From Myxococcota bacterium (GTDB lineage: Bacteria; Myxococcota_A; UBA9042; PHBI01; JAWLBL01): 64,000 nt of DNA. Both the position numbers and the translations under genes were made by a program. The notes under the pieces were generated by a model. That model saw only the letters and a list, made by a program, of their open reading frames with translations, did no database searches and was not told where the DNA came from. Shown in pieces: positions 47,030 through 60,392 of this stretch (the stretch's first letter is position 1; every line of letters begins with the position of its first letter). Location: contig JAWLBL010000001.1 in assembly GCA_041687695.1 (NCBI GenBank), positions 419,461-483,460 of the forward strand, in the 5' to 3' direction.

Positions 47030-48541
47030 TCACCACTTCTCGGGCATGGGCGCGCGGCGGCGCGGCGCCGTGTCCTCGATGCGGGGGGGCGCCGGGCAGC
47101 GCGGGGCGGGGCCGCGCAGCACGTCGAAGGCGACGCGGCGGTTGTAGGCGCGCGAGACGTCGCCGGTGCCGGCGACGAGCGGGTCGTTCTCGCCGAAGCC
47201 GCGGACCGTCAGCCGGGCGGTGTCGACGCCGCGCTGGACGAGCGCCTCCTCGACGGCGCGGGCGCGGCGCATGGACAGATCCAGGTTGTAGTCGGCCGGG
47301 CCGGTGTGGTCGGCGTGGCCCTGGATCTCGAGCAGCTCGACGGCGGGGTTGGCCTGCAGCAGCTCGGCGATCTCGTCGAGCACGGCCTGGCTCTCGGGCT
47401 TGATGGTGTCCTGGTTGTAGTCGAAGTAGATGCGCTCGCACAGCTCGTCGAGCCGGGCGATGACCTCGGCGTCCTCGGGGCACATCACGACCGGGGTGAC
47501 GTCCTCGCCCATGAAGTCGGGGCACCCGTCGGGGCCCGAGCCGGGCATGGTCGGGCACAGGTCGGCCACGTCGGGGATGCCGTCGCGGTCGGTGTCGACC
47601 ACCTCGATGTCGGCGCGCTCGACCACCTCGCGCGGGGGGGCCCAGTTCAGGCCCAGGAAGGCGCGGAAGTTCGGCGAGCCGTAGCCCTCGTTGACGCCGG
47701 CGCCGCCGCCGACGGTGATCGCCAGGCGGTCCATGGCGATCCACCGGGCGGCCGCGTTGATCTCGGCCGGCGAGGTCGCCTCGCTGGTCACGACGTCGTT
47801 GTCGACGGCCGTACGGCCGGTGATCTCGGCGATGATGTCGACCATGTTGGGCACGGGCGTGAACGCCAGGGCGCCGCCGTAGAAGAACTCGTTGTCGACG
47901 ACCAGCGCCTCGATGACCTGGCGCTCGCGCAGGTTCATGCCCGCGGTGGCGCCGATGCGGAACATCTCGCTGAAGCGCCACTCGCCGACGCCGCCGACAC
48001 CCCAGTTGATGCCGTCCCAGCCCTGGAAGTTGCTCCGGGCGCCGGTCGGGACCGAGATGTTGCCGATGATGGCGAAGCCGGCGCCGCGGTTGTTGCGCTG
48101 GGCGTCACCGAAGAGCTGCAGCTTGGGGACGATGCGCAGGTCGCCCGCGGCGACGTTGTCGAGGTCGCGGGTCGGCAGGGTGGTCGAGGACTCCTCGTCC
48201 AGCAGCCAGTTGATGGGCATGTCCAGGCCGAGCTGGAAGATGTCGCCGAGGCCGAGGGCCGCCAGCAGGTGCGAGCTGAGCTGGTGCTCGATGAGCGCCG
48301 CGTCGCGGCCGGTGACCGGATCCTCGAGGACGAGCGGCTCGTTCGCGTACTGCGTCACGATGCCGAAGGCCGGCTGCAGGCTGGGCAGCACCGAGGTCGA
48401 GTTGACCTGGATGTAGTTGTCGTTGGTGCCGGGCGCCGGCTCGAAGATGTTGGCGTTGATCGAGCCCGCGACCTGCGCGTTGGCCGCGCCGAGCGGGATC
48501 ACGGTGAGCGCCGTGAGGAGCAGGGTTCGAACCTTGTTCAT
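47030..48541 (-). CDS. OmpA-family outer-membrane protein, paralog 2
   Basis: Colinear with 44641-46161 over the full length, with shared blocks such as DEESSTTLPTRDLD and the PEKW terminus. Confidence 0.92.
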   Translation of the reverse strand: MNKVRTLLLTALTVIPLGAANAQVAGSINANIFEPAPGTNDNYIQVNSTSVLPSLQPAFGIVTQYANEPLVLEDPVTGRDAALIEHQLSSHLLAALGLGDIFQLGLDMPINWLLDEESSTTLPTRDLDNVAAGDLRIVPKLQLFGDAQRNNRGAGFAIIGNISVPTGARSNFQGWDGINWGVGGVGEWRFSEMFRIGATAGMNLRERQVIEALVVDNEFFYGGALAFTPVPNMVDIIAEITGRTAVDNDVVTSEATSPAEINAAARWIAMDRLAITVGGGAGVNEGYGSPNFRAFLGLNWAPPREVVERADIEVVDTDRDGIPDVADLCPTMPGSGPDGCPDFMGEDVTPVVMCPEDAEVIARLDELCERIYFDYNQDTIKPESQAVLDEIAELLQANPAVELLEIQGHADHTGPADYNLDLSMRRARAVEEALVQRGVDTARLTVRGFGENDPLVAGTGDVSRAYNRRVAFDVLRGPAPRCPAPPRIEDTAPRRRAPMPEKW

Positions 48542-48626
48542 GTCAGTCCTCTCTGGAGCGAAGGGTCGCGGCCCGGCGCCGCCCGGAGGCGACGCCGAAC
48601 CGCTGCGGGGGTCGTGGGGGCGTTCG

Positions 48627-51179
<2,553 letters not shown>

Positions 51180-51788
51180 GGGGAAGCCCTTTTCAGTTGG
51201 AGAGGATCGGAGAGGGGGCGAAGGGTGGCCCGGACCGTCGCAGGCCGTGCCGAGCCGCGCTCCGTGGGGGTGAAGCGCGGGCCAGGAGTGGGGCGCCCCA
51301 GGAGGCTCGGCCTCACGCGGAGGGCGCGAGCGAGGGCGTCGACGTGGCGCCTCGGACCAGGATCGGTCCCGGCGGCGACGATCGCGCGGCGGTGCCGGCG
51401 CGGCGGCGGCGTCGGCGGGACCGGTAGAGGTCCTGGCCGTGTGTTGCAGCAATCCGGGGGGCGCAGGGGGGACGAGCCCGGCCGCCGCGGCGACGCACGG
51501 GGAGGCGTCGTGGGGGGGAGGACTCGAGCTGCGTCGGTCAGCGGGGGGCTCCCACCAGCGTCGGTGCGGCACGTGCCACGGCTGGTTGGGATTGGAGACC
51601 ATGCTAGCCAGGGCTTCCTGCCAGTCAACGCGCCGGTCCCGAAATGAGCTCCGAAGCGTGTCCCAGCCAGCGTTCATACGGTTGAACGGCTCGTAACGCC
51701 CGGCGATTGTGACGCGGCGAGGCCGCTTGCGGGCGGCGCCTTGACCCCAGGCGGCGGGGGGTCGAGAGTGGGACCACGCGCGGCACTC

Positions 51789-51804
51789 TGGCACATCCCT
51801 CGCA
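51789..51804 (+). promoter_or_regulatory. Candidate sigma54 promoter
   Basis: TGGCAC-atccc-TCGCA with correct GG-N10-GC spacing, 55 bp before ATG 51860. Confidence 0.5.
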
Positions 51805-51859
51805 CCGCGAAGGCGCGGGGGGCCACCGAGGCCGGCGCCCCCCCGACCCGGACCCGCCG

Positions 51860-52726
51860 ATGATCCACGTCATCCGCTCGCTCGCGTGCCTGCGCGCGAC
51901 CTGTCTGGCCGTGACCCTGTGGGGAGCGGCCCTGGCCGGCTGCGACGACGTGCTGGTCGAGCCCCCCCTGCCACGCGGCACCCTCTCGGGACGCGTCGCC
52001 GACCTGCCCGGCAACCAGGCCGTCGCGCCCTGGGTGGCCGCGGCGCCGCGCGGTCTGGACTGGCTGGCGGGGGCGGTGCAGGCCGACGAGGCCGTGCTGA
52101 TGCGGGTCGACCTGGGCCAGCGCGAGGAGCGGCTGGCCGTGGCGCCGGTCAGCGCGAGCGGCCTGTTCGCCTTCGAGCGCATCCCGCTGTGGCGCGGGCC
52201 GCTCATCGTGCAGCTCCGCGCGCGAGGGGCCGTCGTAGGCGAGGTGATCGTGCCGGGCGGGCTGCGCATGGGGGCCGAGAGCGTCATCGCCGCGCCCGTC
52301 AGCCTGGAGACGACGGTCGAGGCGCAGGCGTTCCGGGCGCTGATCGCGGCGGGCGTGCGCCCGGTCGAGATCGACGTGGTCGACCTGATGGCGCGGATCA
52401 CCGCGCCGATGGCCATCGGCGCAGACGGGGCCGCGCTGGCCATGCCGGTTTGGGAGGCGCAGCAGGCGTACCTGGCGGCGCTGGACGCGCTGACGCCGGG
52501 GCCGGTGAACGCGCGGGCGGCCCAGGAGGCGAAGCTGCCGGCGTGGCGCGGGCTGGCGATCGAGCTGGCGGTGGCGCAGGGCGCGCCCGAGCTGGCGGTG
52601 GCCTGGGACGCGTTCGAGGACCAGGTCCCGGCGGCGATCGCGTTGGGGCTGGACGCCGAGCCCGAGGCGCACGGTGTGGCGTCGGCGATGGCGCTCGAGG
52701 CGATGGCGGCGCGCGGTTCGCAGTAG
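51860..52726 (+). CDS. Hypothetical lipoprotein
   Basis: Lipobox LAGC; GC3-biased frame. Confidence 0.65.
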   Translation: MIHVIRSLACLRATCLAVTLWGAALAGCDDVLVEPPLPRGTLSGRVADLPGNQAVAPWVAAAPRGLDWLAGAVQADEAVLMRVDLGQREERLAVAPVSASGLFAFERIPLWRGPLIVQLRARGAVVGEVIVPGGLRMGAESVIAAPVSLETTVEAQAFRALIAAGVRPVEIDVVDLMARITAPMAIGADGAALAMPVWEAQQAYLAALDALTPGPVNARAAQEAKLPAWRGLAIELAVAQGAPELAVAWDAFEDQVPAAIALGLDAEPEAHGVASAMALEAMAARGSQ

Positions 52727-52760
52727 GTGCCGCGGGGCGCCTGTGCCAGCATGCGCCGCC

Positions 52761-53969
52761 ATGAAGCTGGTCGCCGCCCAAAGCTCGCGCGAGATCGCGC
52801 TGACCCTGTCCCGGGATCTGACCCGCGCCCTCAAGCGCGGCCATCCGTGGGTCTTCTCGGACGCCCTGCGCGAGCGCCCGCCCGCGCCGGCCGGGGCGGC
52901 GGCGCTGCTCACCGACAAGCGGGGCAAGCCGGTCGCGCGCGGGATGTACGACCCGGGGGCGCCGCTGGCCTTCCGGGCGTGCACGACCGATCCGCGCGAG
53001 CGCCTGGACGACCGCTGGGCGGAGCGGCGGCTCGAGGCGGCGCTGGCGCTGCGCGAGGCGGCGGTCGTCGAGCCCGGGGTGACGACGGGCTTTCGGCTGT
53101 TCAACGGCGAGGGCGACGGCGTGCCGGGGCTGGTGTGCGACGTGTACGGCGACACGGCCGTGGTGAAGCTGGACGGCGAGGGGCCGCGGGGGTTCTGGGA
53201 CGTCGCGGGCGTCGCCGCGTGGGTGGGCCGGCGGCTCGGGCTGCGGACGGTCTACGAGCGCGAGCGCACACGGGGTGGGCCGCGCGGCGAGGTCGCGTGG
53301 GGCGAGGCGCCACCCGAGCGGGTGCGCTTCCTCGAGCACGGGCTGACGTTCGCGGCGGACGTCGTGCACGGGCAGAAGACGGGCTTCTTCCTGGACCAGC
53401 GCGACAACCGGCGGCGGGTGCGGCGGCTGGCGGGCGGGCGGCGCGTGCTGAACGTGTTCGGCTACACGGGCGGGTTCTCGGTCTACGCCGGCGCCGGCGG
53501 GGCGACGCACGTCACGACGGTCGACATCGCGGCGCCGGCCATCGCGGACGCCCAGGCGAACTGGACCCTCAACGGGCTGCCGCCCGAGCGGCACGACGGG
53601 GTGGCGGCCGACGCCTTCGCGTTCCTCGAGCAGGCGGCCGGCGGGGGCGAGCGCTGGGAGCTGGTGGTGTGCGATCCGCCGTCGTTCGCGCCCTCGCGGC
53701 AGGCGCTCGACAAGGCCCTGCCGGCCTACACGCGCCTGTTCGCGGCCGCCGCGCGCGTCACGGCGCCGGGCGGGCTCCTGTGCGTCTCGTCGTGCTCGAG
53801 CCACGTGGGCCCCGAGGCGTTCCAGCAGCTGACCGAGGAGGCCGTGGGCCAGGCTCGGCGCCGCGCCAGCCTGGTGGGCGTTCACGATCAGCCGGCCGAT
53901 CACCCGACCCCGCTGGCCTTTCGCGACTTCCGGTACCTGAAGTTCCTGGTGCTGCGCCTCGACGACTGA
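52761..53969 (+). CDS. RlmI-like class I SAM-dependent rRNA methyltransferase
   Basis: GHPWVF, RLFNGEGDG.PGL, GQKTGFFLDQRDNR, VLNVFGYTGGFS, DPPSFA, SSCS. Confidence 0.92.
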   Translation: MKLVAAQSSREIALTLSRDLTRALKRGHPWVFSDALRERPPAPAGAAALLTDKRGKPVARGMYDPGAPLAFRACTTDPRERLDDRWAERRLEAALALREAAVVEPGVTTGFRLFNGEGDGVPGLVCDVYGDTAVVKLDGEGPRGFWDVAGVAAWVGRRLGLRTVYERERTRGGPRGEVAWGEAPPERVRFLEHGLTFAADVVHGQKTGFFLDQRDNRRRVRRLAGGRRVLNVFGYTGGFSVYAGAGGATHVTTVDIAAPAIADAQANWTLNGLPPERHDGVAADAFAFLEQAAGGGERWELVVCDPPSFAPSRQALDKALPAYTRLFAAAARVTAPGGLLCVSSCSSHVGPEAFQQLTEEAVGQARRRASLVGVHDQPADHPTPLAFRDFRYLKFLVLRLDD

Positions 53970-54032
53970 GCGGGGCAGATCCTTTCGCGATCGGGCGCGT
54001 CACACAGGGCCTCGTCATCCCCGGAGGCCCCC

Positions 54033-55397
54033 ATGCTGACCGTCCTGCTCGCCCTCGCCCTGCCCCTCCTGTCGCCCTTCGATCTCCGCGCGTCGGACGC
54101 GCTCGCGGCCCCGCCCCCCGTGACCGCGATCGCCGGCAGCCTGTCCCTCGAGGCCCGCCTCGAGCGCTCGCTGGTCCACACGTCGGCCGCCCAGATCCAC
54201 GCGCTGGTCAAGCTCACCGCGGCCGACGGGGTCGCGGCCGAGCGCCGGCCGGTCAACCTGGCGCTGGTCCTGGACCGGTCGGGCTCCATGGCCGGGCGCA
54301 AGATCGAAGACGCGCGCGCCGCCGCGCTGGCGCTGGTCGGGCAGCTGCAGGACGGCGACCGCGTGACGGTGGTCAGCTACGGCAGCGACGTGCGCGTGGA
54401 CGTGCCGCCGACGGTGCTGGACGCCGCCGCGCGGCTCGAGGTGACGCGCGCCATCGTGCGCATCCGGCACGGCGGCCGCACGAACCTGGCGGGCGGGCTG
54501 AAGGTCGCCTACCACCAGCTGGCGCCCCATCGCGACGCGGACCGGGTCACGCGGGTGGTGCTGGTCTCGGACGGGCTGGCCAACGTGGGCACGACGCAGC
54601 CGCGGCTGCTGGCGGCGTTGGCCCGCGCCGACTGGCAGGAGGGGACGGTCACGACGACGCTGGGGCTGGGCGTCGACTACAACGAGGATCTGATGACCGA
54701 GCTGGCCGTGCACGGGGGCGGCGGCTTCTACCACGTCAGCCGATCGGAGCAGCTGGCCGGGGTGCTGAGCGACGAGCTGGCGCACATGCAGGCGACGGTG
54801 GCGCGGCAGGCCACGCTCGAGCTGACGCTGCCCGAGGGGGTGCGCGTCCGGGCGGTGCACGGGCACGCGGTCGCGCAGGAGGGGCGGACGGTGCTGGTCA
54901 CGCTTGGAGATCTGTCGGCGGGGCAGTCGCGGTCGATCCTGTGGGCGCTCGAGCTGCCGCACGCGCAGCTCGGGGCGCAGCCGCTGGGTGAGATCGTGCT
55001 GCACTACACGGACGCGCGCGACGGGCAGCGGCGGGCGGCGCGCGGCGGCGCGATGCAGGTGACGTGGACCGGCGACCGCGTGGCGTCCGAAGCCAGCGTC
55101 GACCCCGAGGTGGCGGCGCGCATGGCCGAGCTGCAGCTGGCGGCGGCGATGGCGACGGCGGCCGACCACATGGCGGCCGGCGACCTGGACCAGGCCCAGC
55201 AGGTCCTGGGAGCGGCGACGCGGCGAGCGCGGAGCAACGCGGCGGGGTTCGGGGCGGTCGGGCAGCCGCTCGCGGACGAGGCCGCCGCCGCCGAGGCCAT
55301 GCTGGACGACGTGAAGAAGGCGCCGGCCAGCCCGAAGGCGCGGCGCGAGCTGGCCAAGCAGGGCAAGGCCAAGGCCTTCGAGATGAGCCGACAGTAA
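54033..55397 (+). CDS. Secreted VWA-domain protein (YfbK-like)
   Basis: NLALVLDRSGSM (MIDAS), GGRTNL, LVSDGLAN, GLGVDYNEDLM. Confidence 0.9.
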   Translation: MLTVLLALALPLLSPFDLRASDALAAPPPVTAIAGSLSLEARLERSLVHTSAAQIHALVKLTAADGVAAERRPVNLALVLDRSGSMAGRKIEDARAAALALVGQLQDGDRVTVVSYGSDVRVDVPPTVLDAAARLEVTRAIVRIRHGGRTNLAGGLKVAYHQLAPHRDADRVTRVVLVSDGLANVGTTQPRLLAALARADWQEGTVTTTLGLGVDYNEDLMTELAVHGGGGFYHVSRSEQLAGVLSDELAHMQATVARQATLELTLPEGVRVRAVHGHAVAQEGRTVLVTLGDLSAGQSRSILWALELPHAQLGAQPLGEIVLHYTDARDGQRRAARGGAMQVTWTGDRVASEASVDPEVAARMAELQLAAAMATAADHMAAGDLDQAQQVLGAATRRARSNAAGFGAVGQPLADEAAAAEAMLDDVKKAPASPKARRELAKQGKAKAFEMSRQ

Positions 55398-55402
55398 CCC
55401 GA

Positions 55403-55741
55403 TCAGGGGCCGTAGCGGTCGTCTTCGGGCAGGGGCCGGTCCTCGTGGACGGCGCGCGCGACGGCGAGGGCGCGCGCCTCGTCGGCGCGGGCGTACCAGG
55501 CCTCCTCGAGCCGGTCCCCGCGCCGCGCGTAGCAGGCCAGGGTGGGCCCAAAGCCGCAGGCGCCCAGGCAGCCGCTCTCGGTCAGGCGGATGGAGCCGCC
55601 GCGCTTGTAGTAGGCCAGGTGCTCGGCCTCGAGCCGGCGCCACAGCGCGGCGAACAGGCGCCGCGCCCCCAGCCCCGTGCAGGTCGGCCCCGTGCAGAGC
55701 AAGAGGTGCCCGCGCGTCGGGAAGAAGCGCGGCGCCGTCAC
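55403..55741 (-). CDS. Thioredoxin-like [2Fe-2S] ferredoxin
   Basis: CTGPTC...SGCLGACGFGP...WY. Confidence 0.85.
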   Translation of the reverse strand: MTAPRFFPTRGHLLLCTGPTCTGLGARRLFAALWRRLEAEHLAYYKRGGSIRLTESGCLGACGFGPTLACYARRGDRLEEAWYARADEARALAVARAVHEDRPLPEDDRYGP

Positions 55742-55760
55742 GCCGTCACCGTCCTCGGGC

Positions 55761-56735
55761 TCACTCGTCGAGCACGTAGGCGAAGACGAGCGGCGCGATG
55801 ATGGAGGCGTCGGAGTTGATCATGAAGCTGGGCGTGTCGACGTCCAGCTTGCCCCAGGTGATCTTCTCGCGCGGCACGGCGCCCGAGTACGACCCGTACG
55901 AGGTGGTCGAGTCGCTGATCTGGGCGAAGTAGGCCCAGAAGGGGGTGTCCTCGCGCTGCATGTCCTGAATCAGCATGGGGACGACGCAGATCGGGAAGTC
56001 GCCCGCGATGCCGCCGGCGATCTGGAAGAAGCCGATGGGCGTCTTGGCGTCGGCCTGCTGCTGGTACCACCCGGCCAGCCAGACCATCTGCTCGGTGCCG
56101 GTCTTGACGCAGTGGTGCTCGACGCCAGTGTCCGCCCCGCGCATGCAGGCGGCGGCGAACATGTTGCCCAGGGTCGAGTCCTCCCAGCCGGGCGTGTACA
56201 CGGGCACGCCCATCTCCATGGCCGCCAGCAGCCAGGAGTGCTCCTTGGGGATCTGGAAGTGCTGCTCGAGCGTCGGGTCGCGCAGCACGTCCATCATGAA
56301 CTCGGACGGGAACTTGCGGACGCCCTCGCGGGTCGCCTTGCTCCACAGGGCGATGAGGCGCTCCTCGAGGTGGCGCATCACCGTCTCGGGGATGCAGGTG
56401 TCGGTCACCCGGTTGAAGCCTTCGTCGTACAGGCGCTTTTCGTCCTCGGCGCGCAGGTCGCGCCAGTCGTCCACGATGCAGTACTCGCGGTGGGCGACCA
56501 GGTTGAAGACGTCCTCCTCGAGGTTGGCGCCGGTCGTCGAGATGGCGCTGACCTTGCCGGCGCGGATCATCCGGGCGAGCGAGATGCCGAGCTCGGCCGT
56601 GCTCATGGCGCCGCCCATCGCGAGGAACATCTTGCCGCCGCCGTCGACGAGGTCGACCCAGCCCTGCGCGGCGGCGCGGGTCTCGCGCGCGTTGAAGTGG
56701 CGGAAGTGCGTCTCCATGAACTGGCGCATCTTCAT
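55761..56735 (-). CDS. Deoxyhypusine-synthase-family protein (bacterial; probably homospermidine synthesis)
   Basis: FRHFNA, GAMSTAELG, TGANLEED, FNRVTDTCIPE, GWEDSTLGN, GGIAGDF, YGSYSGA...EKITWGK (catalytic Lys retained). Confidence 0.92.
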   Translation of the reverse strand: MKMRQFMETHFRHFNARETRAAAQGWVDLVDGGGKMFLAMGGAMSTAELGISLARMIRAGKVSAISTTGANLEEDVFNLVAHREYCIVDDWRDLRAEDEKRLYDEGFNRVTDTCIPETVMRHLEERLIALWSKATREGVRKFPSEFMMDVLRDPTLEQHFQIPKEHSWLLAAMEMGVPVYTPGWEDSTLGNMFAAACMRGADTGVEHHCVKTGTEQMVWLAGWYQQQADAKTPIGFFQIAGGIAGDFPICVVPMLIQDMQREDTPFWAYFAQISDSTTSYGSYSGAVPREKITWGKLDVDTPSFMINSDASIIAPLVFAYVLDE

Positions 56736-56869
56736 GTCTCGTCTCCTCGAACCATCGTGGCGGCCGGAGCCCCCCTGGGCGCGGCGAGGCGCAAAGGTAG
56801 CGGCGGGCCTGGCCCTGTCAAGGGTCGTTCGGCTAAGGTCGGCGGCCAACGGGACATGGAGGGGACGAC

Positions 56870-58912
56870 GTGCGAATCGCCCGGTGGCTGTTGGTCGGGA
56901 CACTGATGACGACGCCCGCGTGCGGGGGCGGCGGGGGCGGGTCGTCGCCGGCCGACGTGGCCGACGACGCCAGCGAGGTCGAGACCGGCGGCGAGGGCGA
57001 CGCAAAGGGTCAGGACGTGGCGGCGGACGTCGCCGAGGACACCGGGCCCACCGGACCGCCGCGTGTGTGCCGAGACGGCGCCGCGTGGGCGCCGGGGACC
57101 CGGGCGTTCACCGACGTGACCGAGGCCTGGGGCCTGACGGGCGTGACGGGCTTTCGCCTGGGCGCCGCGGACCTCGACGGCGACGGCTTCGCGGATCTCG
57201 TGGTGCGCACCCACGTCGTCAACGGGCGCGACGACTTCTCCGAGGGCGGCGCCCGCTACACGTTCGTGATGATGAACCGCGCGGGCGACGACGGCGCGCG
57301 CCAGTTCGTCGACACGACGCAGGCCAGCGGCTTCACGGCGCGGGTCGACGGGGGCGAGGGGCGGACCACCCACGTGGTCGTCTTCGGCGACATCGACAAC
57401 GACGGCGATCTCGACGCGTTCTCGGGCGCCGGGGTCGAGACCGACCCCGCCAAGCCCGACAACGGCGACCACGGCGAGGTGCTCATCAACCAGGGCGACG
57501 GGACCTTCGTCCTGGGGCCCGGCGGCGACGCGCGCTACCCGGTGCAGCGCCTGAACGTCGGCGGCGCGTCGATGCTGGACTACGACCGCGACGGCTTCCT
57601 CGACCTCTTCGTCGGCTTCGGCAACGGCGCCGACCAGCCGCTGCCCGACAAGCTCTACAAGGGCGACGGCCAGGGCTGGTTCACCGACGTGTCGAGTGAG
57701 GTCGGCCTGGTCACCAAGGACTGGAACCTCCTCAGCGACATCAACGCCGGCAAGGCCCACCGCAACACCTGGGGCACCACCGTCTGCGACGTGAACGACG
57801 ACGGCCTGCCCGACCTGGTCACCGCCAGCTACGGCCGCGGCTTCAACGGCCTGTGGGTCGCGCGCCAGACCGACGACGGCGTGGTCTACGACGACATGGC
57901 CATCCCGAGCGGCGTCGGCCAGGACCACCGCGTCGACTGGACGACCAACCTGAACGCGCAGTGTTACTGCAAGCTCAACCCCGACGCCGAGGACTGCGAC
58001 CAGGCCCCCGCCCCGCCCGCCTTCTTCGGCTGCAGCGCCGGCCAGCAGCTGCGCTGGAACCACGCCTACGACCGCATGCCCTTCCGCCTCGGCGGCAACA
58101 CCTTCGGGACGGTCTGCGGCGACGTCGACAACGACGGCGACCTCGATCTGATGACCCACGAGATCGTCCACTGGGACGTCGGCGACACCAGCGACCCGGC
58201 CGAGCTGCTCGTCAACGACGGCGCCGGCACCTTCACGCGCCCCGGCAACGACGTCACCGGCCTCGTGCGCGACTACGACCGCGTCGACTGGAACGCGGGC
58301 GAGATGACCGGCGCCTTCCTCGACTTCGACAACGACGGGCGCCTCGACGTGCTGCTCAACTCGTCCGACTACCCGGGGACGCACGCCTTCCTGTTCCACC
58401 AGCAGCCCGACGGCACCTTCGCCGAGGTCGCCCTCGCCGACGCCATCGACCACTACCGCTCCCACGGCATCGCCCTGGCCGACTTCGACCGCGACGGCGA
58501 CCTCGACGTGGCGGTCGGCAGCAGCACCTCGCGCTGCAGCCAGGGCGACCCCGAATGCGCGGCCGGCAAGCAGGTCATGATCTTCCGCAACGACGCCGGC
58601 GACGCCCGCAACTTCGTGCAGCTGCAGCTCGTCGGCGGCCCCGGGTCGAACCGCTCGGCCATCGGCGCCCGCGTCACCGTCACGGCGGGCGGCGTCACCC
58701 AGACCCAGGAGGTCGGCGCCGGCTACGGGCACTACGCCGCCCAGAACGAGCTGACGCTGCACTTCGGCCTGGGCGCCGCCTGCGACATCGACGCCGTCAC
58801 CGTGCGCTGGCCCGACGCCGCCGGCACGACCGAGACCTTCGCCGGCGTGCTCGCCAACTACCGCGTCCGGCTGACCCAGGGCCAGGCGTCCCCCGACTAC
58901 CTCGTCGACTGA
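56870..58912 (+). CDS. CRTAC1-like FG-GAP/VCBS repeat lipoprotein with ASPIC/UnbV C-terminal domain
   Basis: Seven D.D.DG..DL repeats; NRSAIGARV...LHFGLG...VTVRWPD. Confidence 0.9.
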   Translation: MRIARWLLVGTLMTTPACGGGGGGSSPADVADDASEVETGGEGDAKGQDVAADVAEDTGPTGPPRVCRDGAAWAPGTRAFTDVTEAWGLTGVTGFRLGAADLDGDGFADLVVRTHVVNGRDDFSEGGARYTFVMMNRAGDDGARQFVDTTQASGFTARVDGGEGRTTHVVVFGDIDNDGDLDAFSGAGVETDPAKPDNGDHGEVLINQGDGTFVLGPGGDARYPVQRLNVGGASMLDYDRDGFLDLFVGFGNGADQPLPDKLYKGDGQGWFTDVSSEVGLVTKDWNLLSDINAGKAHRNTWGTTVCDVNDDGLPDLVTASYGRGFNGLWVARQTDDGVVYDDMAIPSGVGQDHRVDWTTNLNAQCYCKLNPDAEDCDQAPAPPAFFGCSAGQQLRWNHAYDRMPFRLGGNTFGTVCGDVDNDGDLDLMTHEIVHWDVGDTSDPAELLVNDGAGTFTRPGNDVTGLVRDYDRVDWNAGEMTGAFLDFDNDGRLDVLLNSSDYPGTHAFLFHQQPDGTFAEVALADAIDHYRSHGIALADFDRDGDLDVAVGSSTSRCSQGDPECAAGKQVMIFRNDAGDARNFVQLQLVGGPGSNRSAIGARVTVTAGGVTQTQEVGAGYGHYAAQNELTLHFGLGAACDIDAVTVRWPDAAGTTETFAGVLANYRVRLTQGQASPDYLVD

Positions 58913-58979
58913 CGCCCGCCCCCTTCGGCGCCCCCGCCCGCGACGTTAGGCTGGAGCCTCCCCACCCGGAGCCCCAGCC

Positions 58980-60332
58980 TTGCGTCAACTGCTCATCACC
59001 GTCCCGCGCGGCCAGGGCCCGCGCGTCCTCGACCTGGCCCGCGACGAAGGCGGCGCCGACCTGGTCCGCCTCGACGGCGCCAGCGCCGACCGCGGCGAGG
59101 TCGAACTGATCCTGGCCCACGTCCCCAACGCCCGCGTCGGCTCCCTGGTCGACCGCCTCGAGGCCATCCCCGAGCGGCGGATCGCCTTCCTGCCGACCGC
59201 CGCCATCGCCCTGCGCCCGCCCGCCGACCAGGTCGCCGACCAGGTCGCCGACGTCCAGAGCCTGAGCCCGCTCGAGGTCTTCGTCAGCGGCCTCCAGAGC
59301 GTCGGCTCCTGGGGCGCCTTCCTGGGCTACGCGGCCGCCGGCGGCATCGTCGCCTGGATCGGCCTCGTGACCGGGTCCTCGTACCTGCTCGTCGCCGCCA
59401 TGCTCATCGCCCCGTTCGCCGGCCCCGCCATGAACGCCGCCATCGCCACCGCCCGCGGCGACACGCGGCTCCTGGGCCGCTCGCTCCTGCGCTACTTCGC
59501 CTCGCTCGCGCTCTCGGTCGCCGTCGCGGTCGCGCTGACGCTGGTCTTCGGGGTGCGCGTGCCGCCGCCCATGGCGGTCGACATCTCCCAGGTTTCCGGG
59601 CTGGCCGTCCTGCTCCCGCTCGTCGCGGGCGCGGCCGGCGCGCTCAACAAGTCCCGCAGCGCTCAGGACAGCCTGGTCTCCGGCGCGGCCACCGGCCTGC
59701 TGATCGCCGCCGCCCTGGCCCCGCCCGCCGCCATCCTCGGCCTCGGACTCGCGCGCGGCGAAGGTGACCTGGTGCAGTCCAGCGCCTTCTTGCTGATGCT
59801 GCAGCTCGTCGGCGTCAACCTGGGCGGCGCGGCCGTCTTCCGCCTGGTCGGCCTCACCCCCGCCGGCCCCCACTTCGCCCGCGGCCGCCGTTGGTTCGCC
59901 TGGACGGCCGCCGCCGCCTCGGTGGCCGCCCTCGCCGGCCTGCTGACCTGGCAGCTGACCGGACGCCCCGATTTGCAGCGCGAGTCCCGCTCGCGCGAGG
60001 CGGTCTCGACCGTCCGCCAGGTCGTGGACGAGCGGCCCGACGTGCGCCTGGTCGAGGCCGAGGCCCGCTTCACGCGCGGCGAGATCGCCGGCCAGGACAC
60101 GCTGCTCGCCGTCGTGCGGGTGCAGCGCACGGCGTCCGCGCGTGGGACGGACGAGCAGTTGCGCGTGGAACTGACCCGGCAGATTCAGCGGCGGCTGACT
60201 GACGACGGCTTTCGCGTCACTCCCCTGGTCGATGTCACGGTCCTGTTACCTCCTGAAAGCTCCCTCGCGTCGCCTGCCGAAGCCGCTTCGGAGGCCGCTC
60301 CGACGGCTCCGGACGCGAGCCACGGAGAATAG
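58980..60332 (+). CDS. DUF389-family membrane protein
   Basis: GL...S..LLVAAMLIAPFAGP, AG.AGAL, GAATGLLIAAALAPP. Confidence 0.85.
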   Translation: MRQLLITVPRGQGPRVLDLARDEGGADLVRLDGASADRGEVELILAHVPNARVGSLVDRLEAIPERRIAFLPTAAIALRPPADQVADQVADVQSLSPLEVFVSGLQSVGSWGAFLGYAAAGGIVAWIGLVTGSSYLLVAAMLIAPFAGPAMNAAIATARGDTRLLGRSLLRYFASLALSVAVAVALTLVFGVRVPPPMAVDISQVSGLAVLLPLVAGAAGALNKSRSAQDSLVSGAATGLLIAAALAPPAAILGLGLARGEGDLVQSSAFLLMLQLVGVNLGGAAVFRLVGLTPAGPHFARGRRWFAWTAAAASVAALAGLLTWQLTGRPDLQRESRSREAVSTVRQVVDERPDVRLVEAEARFTRGEIAGQDTLLAVVRVQRTASARGTDEQLRVELTRQIQRRLTDDGFRVTPLVDVTVLLPPESSLASPAEAASEAAPTAPDASHGE

Positions 60333-60392
60333 GGGCTTGCTCTTGACGAGGGCCCCGACCTAGGCTGTGCGCTCCTTCGGGAGGAGCTGCTC

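Noticed and set aside
51180..51794. 205-aa N-terminal extension of the TSP3 protein in the ORF track, or a riboswitch in this region
   Set aside because: The signal peptide begins at ATG 51179, the extension is low-complexity, and no riboswitch consensus was recognised.
60160..60332. Drop in GC3 at the end of the DUF389 gene suggesting foreign DNA
   Set aside because: Short, in frame and without boundary repeats; it may simply overlap the next promoter.
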